DNA from: Phallusia mammillata | Lineage: Eukaryota | Direction: 5' to 3' | NCBI GenBank assembly: GCA_965637545.1 | Contig: OZ281500.1 | Coordinates: 23,498,001-23,562,000 of the forward strand | Length of the DNA: 64,000 nucleotides | Part shown: piece after piece, positions 61,985-64,000 of the stretch | How positions within the stretch are numbered: position 1 is the stretch's first letter | Layout of the letters: each line of letters starts with the position of its first letter | Position numbers and translations under genes: made by a program | Notes under the pieces: model-generated | The model's database searches: none | Told to the model about the DNA's origin: nothing | What the model saw: only the letters and a program-made list of their open reading frames with translations

Positions 61985-62130
61985 TCGAATGGATTAAATT
62001 CTTGATTCAGATCATAAGATCACGGGTTCTAACCCCGTCTTGATGCTAGCGGATCTTTGTATGAACGAAATGTCAGATCAACATCATGAACCAATCTAAC
62101 ATTCACCAAAAAGGGGCGTAACCAGAGTTT
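61985..62130 (+). mobile_element. Probable tRNA-derived SINE remnant
   Basis: Anticodon-like GATCATAAGATC followed by the B-box-like GGGTTCTAACCCC (62024-62036). Confidence 0.4.
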
Positions 62131-63360
62131 AATGCGTTATTAATTATTGCTGTCATATAATGAATGCTCTAATGGAAATGTCGACAAATATGGATAACAG
62201 TGTAAGCTTCACTGGAGTGTAAACAATTCACTATTTGTTTTAATCTAAACTGATCTCCATAAGTAAGCTCCATATGACAACATTGCAGCTAATATTGATC
62301 GAATAACCCAATGAGTGAAAATTGAATAGAAATGAAATTCAACATTTGAAGATAGTTTTGCAAATTACATGGAGCCTAGCGCCAAAGAACAGCTCTCTTT
62401 AAGACAAAAGGGTGAAATGTTGTAAGTTAGTTTCAAAATTCGAAAACCACTTACATTTTCCAGCAAGACAATACATAGCCGATTATAGCGAGAAAAACAT
62501 TTAGCTTAATCTTAATTCTAAAACAATGCAGTATTTGTCTTAAACTAATTGTCGATTACAAACAAAGCCAATAAATTTAAGTTAAAAAATGAAGTCATTC
62601 TTTCTCAGATACATACATTTCACTTCAATAGCATTATCAGTATCAGCAAACAAGTAGACAAGTTTAAAAAAAAGTTACGTTGAAAGACACGTTTCGAGCA
62701 AAAAAAGCGTGAAAAAGTAATTAATGAATGTTAACTGCTCGTATGGATACAGATATCTCAGTCTAATCTGTATACGATGTAAACACTTGGGTGTGTTGAC
62801 CGGATGAAGATAAGGCGATAAATCCGAGCAAATCCCTGCTCCGGATATGCGCGTGCACGCACACACAACACAAGCTCATGCGCATACATGTGTGTGCGTT
62901 TGTTTACAATGTTGCTGTGTATATGATACACCCATGACCATGCCGTCGAGAGTCGAAAACATGCAAGGCTCGCTGTGAAGGAATGCTGCTAGAGTAGCGA
63001 AAATAGCGGAGTTTTACGAGTCTGAGCACCCAGAGATAATGCCAACCTCAAATTACTGACAGCTTCCGGATGCAGGTGACTCACCATATAAAAACGTGTT
63101 TTGTGTTGAACCTGAGAAGTGGTTTAAGGGTTGTTATGAAGTTTAGGAATGTCGGTTTGAAAATGATTGACAACTCGTTTTTTGTGCACAATTTGGGAAT
63201 GTGCTTTTGAGTGTAAAAACTGTAAATTTATACAATCCCCAAATCTACTCACAAAATACAAATGCAAATTAACTGTGAGGGCAAGATTTGACTTGTGCAA
63301 ATAGGTTTGTATTGTGTAAAGTTACTAAAATCATCTTGCGGATAAATTTTCGAACAACTA

Positions 63361-63395
63361 CTGATGACATCTTGATATGTTGTCGAAACGTTGCA
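63361..63395 (+). ncRNA. Hammerhead-like motif, family C (GUU triplet, no clear stem I)
   Basis: CUGAUGA-cauc-uugauaug-uuguc-GAAAC-GUU. The core is intact but flanking pairing is poor, so it is probably degenerate. Confidence 0.35.
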
Positions 63396-64000
63396 AATCA
63401 ACGATGTATTTTTGTAGGAAAAATATTTTTTATCCCGGCAAAGGACTCGTAAATTCACGACAAACAAAGTTCACTCGCATAAATATCTTGACACAGAAGC
63501 AATTTGCTCGGTAAAATTCCTAACTAAAAAAGCCGGATTTGGGCAATCGAAAAACCGTCAGAAATTTGCAGAGCTTAAAATGTCAACCTTTTTTTAAAAA
63601 AAGACAAAGATAAATAACAGTTGAAACGCACCTTACTTGGACGCGATCAACACCAAGAAAAGAACAAACATTCTGACCTGAGCAGCCGTCCTGGCACGTG
63701 TAATGACAGATTATTGCCCTAAACCCGCCCATAATCGGTAGTAAACAGAGAAATAGTCGCTCGGAGTGCTCAAAGTGGCGAAGGTCTTCCAAAACGGAAG
63801 TGATTTGGCGTTCAATTTGAAGGTTACACGTGTACGGTTTCCCCTACAACACTGTGCAATCGATATTGTTTGTTTGCCAACAGAAGCGAATCCAGGAGCT
63901 AAAACGCAAGCTTTTCCAGTTATGCAGGTGTGAGGATGAAGTGATGTAATACGTGTTTCCATTTAAGCTCACAAACCATCTACCATAGCTGATGTGTTTG

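Noticed and set aside
62850-62900. Alternating purine-pyrimidine tract with a small inverted repeat (ACGCACACA/TGTGTGCGT)
   Set aside because: A common CA/TG microsatellite-derived feature, too short to argue for Z-DNA or hairpin function.

Overview
AT-rich, intron-rich animal genomic DNA with short GT-AG introns; an invertebrate chordate (ascidian-like) origin is an inference, not proven. I could splice five protein-coding genes by hand, with consistent exon phases. (1) The 3' end of a Cys-loop ligand-gated ion channel (+, to 2608). (2) The N-terminal ~880 aa of an axonemal dynein heavy chain, DNAH1-like (-, 14989 to 3853); its next exon is absent from the window, so gene 1 appears nested antisense in a dynein intron. 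(3) A 170-aa mitochondrial-presequence, single-TM, acidic-tail protein with EMRE/SMDT1-like spacing (+, 16906-19514), head-to-head with the dynein around an RFX X-box. (4) A ~650-aa uncharacterised coiled-coil protein (+, 20539-26294). (5) A DLC1/STARD13-family RhoGAP-START gene (-, 38476 to 28119) whose visible isoform lacks the SAM domain. About 25 kb (38.5-64 kb) has no recognisable coding exon. Non-coding highlights: a perfect 125-bp-arm foldback made of two inverted minimal hammerhead ribozymes (Penelope-like), dispersed copies from three hammerhead-like families, two minisatellites that multimerise bZIP sites (CRE; AP-1/ARE), hAT and PIF/Harbinger MITEs with TSDs, and tRNA-derived SINE remnants. 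No CRISPR array, rRNA or intact tRNA was found.
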